This document shows positions 42,818 through 44,772 of a stretch of 44,772 nucleotides of DNA, in pieces; the first letter of the stretch is position 1; the number at the start of each line of letters is the position of its first letter. Source of the DNA: an uncultured archaeon (GTDB taxonomy: Archaea > Thermoproteota > EX4484-205 > JAAOZP01); the NCBI GenBank assembly GCA_938045545.1, contig CALIBN010000023.1, positions 1 through 44,772 on the forward strand, in the 5' to 3' direction. A program made the translations under genes and the position numbers. Below the pieces are notes generated by a model. The model ran no database searches and was not told where the DNA came from. It worked only from the letters and a program-made list of their open reading frames with translations.

Positions 42818-43408
42818 TTGTACAGGTTAGTCGACCTAGTGGCGAAAACCCTTGTTAAAACAGGCGGCTTCCTAACTTGGCCTGATAAAACTGATGAAGG
42901 GGTTCTCCAACCGTTCGTACTCGACCTGACTACGATTCTAAGCCATCCGCCTGTTTTCCTCAGAGTTGCATCAGGGCTTCTCAGAGTCGTTAGGGAGAAA
43001 GTCGGGTTGAACAGCTTCGAGTTCGTTGCAGGGGTGCCGTTGGCCGGAATACCCTACGCGTCATTCCTCTGCGTCAAGACACGTAAGCCTATGCTGCTCA
43101 TTAGGGAAAGAGGCAGGGGTAAGCTTGTGGAGGGACCGTTGAAAATGGGGGATAGGGTTCTAGTCGTTGATGACTTCGTCGTGACAGGCAGGCAGATACT
43201 GGGGACGGCCAGTAAAATCGTTTCAGAGGGAGGAGTTGTTGAGCAGGCTGCCGTAATAATGTGTCAGAGCAAGAGTGCTGCGGAGAGGCTGAGAAGCAAG
43301 GGAATAACGTTGCACGAGTTGATCGATTTTAAAAGCCTAGTGGGAAGCCTGAAGAAACTCGACGCTTTAACCGACGAGGAATACGATGCTCTACTCTCCA
43401 ATATGTAG
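42818..43408 (+). CDS. Divergent orotate-phosphoribosyltransferase-like (PyrE-like) protein
   Basis: AGVPLAGIPYA, VEG...GDRVLVVDDFVVTG and EGGVV motifs. Catalytic-loop and orotate-binding motifs are altered. Confidence 0.72.
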   Translation: MYRLVDLVAKTLVKTGGFLTWPDKTDEGVLQPFVLDLTTILSHPPVFLRVASGLLRVVREKVGLNSFEFVAGVPLAGIPYASFLCVKTRKPMLLIRERGRGKLVEGPLKMGDRVLVVDDFVVTGRQILGTASKIVSEGGVVEQAAVIMCQSKSAAERLRSKGITLHELIDFKSLVGSLKKLDALTDEEYDALLSNM

Positions 43409-43453
43409 GAACCTTAGACTTTTATTTTAAAGGAGGCGTTGAAGAGAACGTGC

Positions 43454-44164
43454 CTAGGCTTTCCTCTCAGGTTTGGACGCTTCAGATTCCTCTATTAGTG
43501 GAATAATCTCCTCGACGGAGAACCTTATGAATGAAGCAGGGTCTATCCTGCTGAAAATCGTAACGACAGCATCTCTAGTGATTCCAGCCACCAAGCCGGT
43601 TTTTCTATGCGCGATCACGATGTACCATATGTTCCCATGTTTAAGATATTCTGTAAACAGGCTAGTGTTCGCGAGCGAGGGCCCGTATAGCGAGAGCTTC
43701 TTAATATTAGGTATGTCGACATCGTCGAAGAAAACCACTTTAGCAGCATCGCTGTTCGCATTATGATAGTTCAGCATCACCTCGGGGGAAATCCTCGCCT
43801 CGACAATCCTGCCGCTTTTAAGAAAGATCACTTGGCTGAACATGTTGGCAACCATGTTTGCAACCGGCTTCTTCTCCAAAACTATGAGAAAGACTCTCCT
43901 CCTCCTGAAGACGAAGCTGAAAACCGAGTCGACCGTTTTAGCAACTATCTCCGTCCTATCCCTCCTCCTGATCGTCAAGGGCACGTCCCTGCTAATAACC
44001 CCCTCCAGCATGTTTTGAGAAGCCCTCAACTCCGCTATCTCAGTCACCAGGCTCAGGTCAACCCCTTCAAGCGGGGTTTCAACCCTGTAGCCTTTAAGCC
44101 TCTGAGCAATATCGCTCTGAGGCAAGTATTCGTCCAGCCTGAATATCTTTCCCGCAGTAACCAT
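43454..44164 (-). CDS. Hypothetical protein, probably conserved in archaea
   Basis: Intact 236-aa ORF with globular composition (KVVFFDDVDIPNIKKLSLYG). No function recognised. Confidence 0.75.
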   Translation of the reverse strand: MVTAGKIFRLDEYLPQSDIAQRLKGYRVETPLEGVDLSLVTEIAELRASQNMLEGVISRDVPLTIRRRDRTEIVAKTVDSVFSFVFRRRRVFLIVLEKKPVANMVANMFSQVIFLKSGRIVEARISPEVMLNYHNANSDAAKVVFFDDVDIPNIKKLSLYGPSLANTSLFTEYLKHGNIWYIVIAHRKTGLVAGITRDAVVTIFSRIDPASFIRFSVEEIIPLIEESEASKPERKA

Positions 44165-44249
44165 ACTTCTCCATAATGCTAAACATTTGTTTTTAACCGT
44201 TTTCCAACTCTTCCTGAACTCTAAAAAGGCTGTTATCCCCCAGTTGCCT

Positions 44250-44772
44250 AAAGCTAGAACCTATTATTCGAGCATTTGTAGAGCTTCCAAGGCTTTTAAA
44301 AGTAGTTTCCTCACCCTCCGATTTTTTCATTTACTTCTCTTATCTTTCTCTATGCATTCTCCCAGCGGCATCTTTCGGCGAGCCCAAGCATCTTCACGAA
44401 ATCCCTACTAACTAACCAGTAGTCCCCTACCTTCTCCGTAGAGAACAGTATTTCGCCTATGTTGCAAGCAATTTTGCTATTTCTTGGACTTCTTTCAGGT
44501 TGAGAACCTCACAAGGCTAAATCAACGCCCGGATTACTCCACCAAGATATTTGTCCGTCTCCACATTACCCTTCTTCTCGAGCTCTTGATAGGTGCGCAG
44601 CATAATCTCCGATGCTTCTTTCGAATCTCCACATTAGCACATGCCAAGAAAAATAGATCATGACGACAAATAACCTCTAGTCTAACTACTTATTCTAAAT
44701 ATTTTGCTTGCCCTCTCAGGACTCATTTTCAGTATCTGTCTCATCTGGTATTTCAATACACCATATTCGGGA
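44250..44772 (-). pseudogene. Possible decayed gene remnant
   Basis: Protein-like fragments on the minus strand (EASEIMLRTYQELEKKG, LNLKEVQEIAKLL, DYWLVSRDFVKMLG) are broken by stops and frame changes. Boundaries are uncertain. Confidence 0.3.

Noticed and set aside
44187-44411. Plus-strand 74-aa ORF
   Set aside because: It overlaps the promoter of the upstream minus-strand gene and has F/S/L-rich shadow composition.
1-44772. CRISPR array or rRNA genes
   Set aside because: No regularly spaced 24-40 bp repeats and no rRNA-like tracts were seen.
44764-44772. TATTCGGGA matching the start of the structured element at 19709
   Set aside because: Only 9 bp at the window edge; cannot be distinguished from chance.

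Overview
Archaeal chromosomal segment, most likely from a non-crenarchaeal TACK lineage (Bathyarchaeia/Brockarchaeia-like). This is inferred from the combination of SMC-ScpAB, a CdvA-like gene, GINS23, an Rpc34/TFE-beta homologue, a D-loop tRNA intron and frequent TTG/GTG starts. Most of the window is intact housekeeping: tRNA maturation (trm11, rnz, thpR, cca, trm1), replication and repair (hel308, mcm, gins23, rfcS/L, cdc6-like), smc-scpA-scpB with a 162-aa mini-intein in the SMC Walker A, and rps8e-srp19-gar1. The main accessory feature is a 5.5-kb integrated element (32721-38252) inserted in the last codons of gar1 and bounded by a 17-bp direct repeat. It encodes a Zn-finger tyrosine integrase, a P-loop Rep-like protein containing inverted 9-bp iteron arrays, an AbrB-type regulator and a small PD-(D/E)xK nuclease. 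Two features of this element stand out. First, just downstream of the integrase it carries a 16-nt sequence, set in a small stem-loop, complementary to its own target site including host-only bases beyond the att core. This is a candidate guide or state-dependent hairpin. Second, a promoter-equipped antisense gene is nested inside the integrase ORF. Other notable items are an unexplained ~125-nt structured element with TATA box and T-run between rpoP and tRNA-Pro, two multiply frameshifted accessory genes, a probable CTG start, and two adjacent degenerate enzymes (MBL-fold and PyrE-like). No CRISPR array or rRNA gene was seen. All calls are by eye, without database searches.
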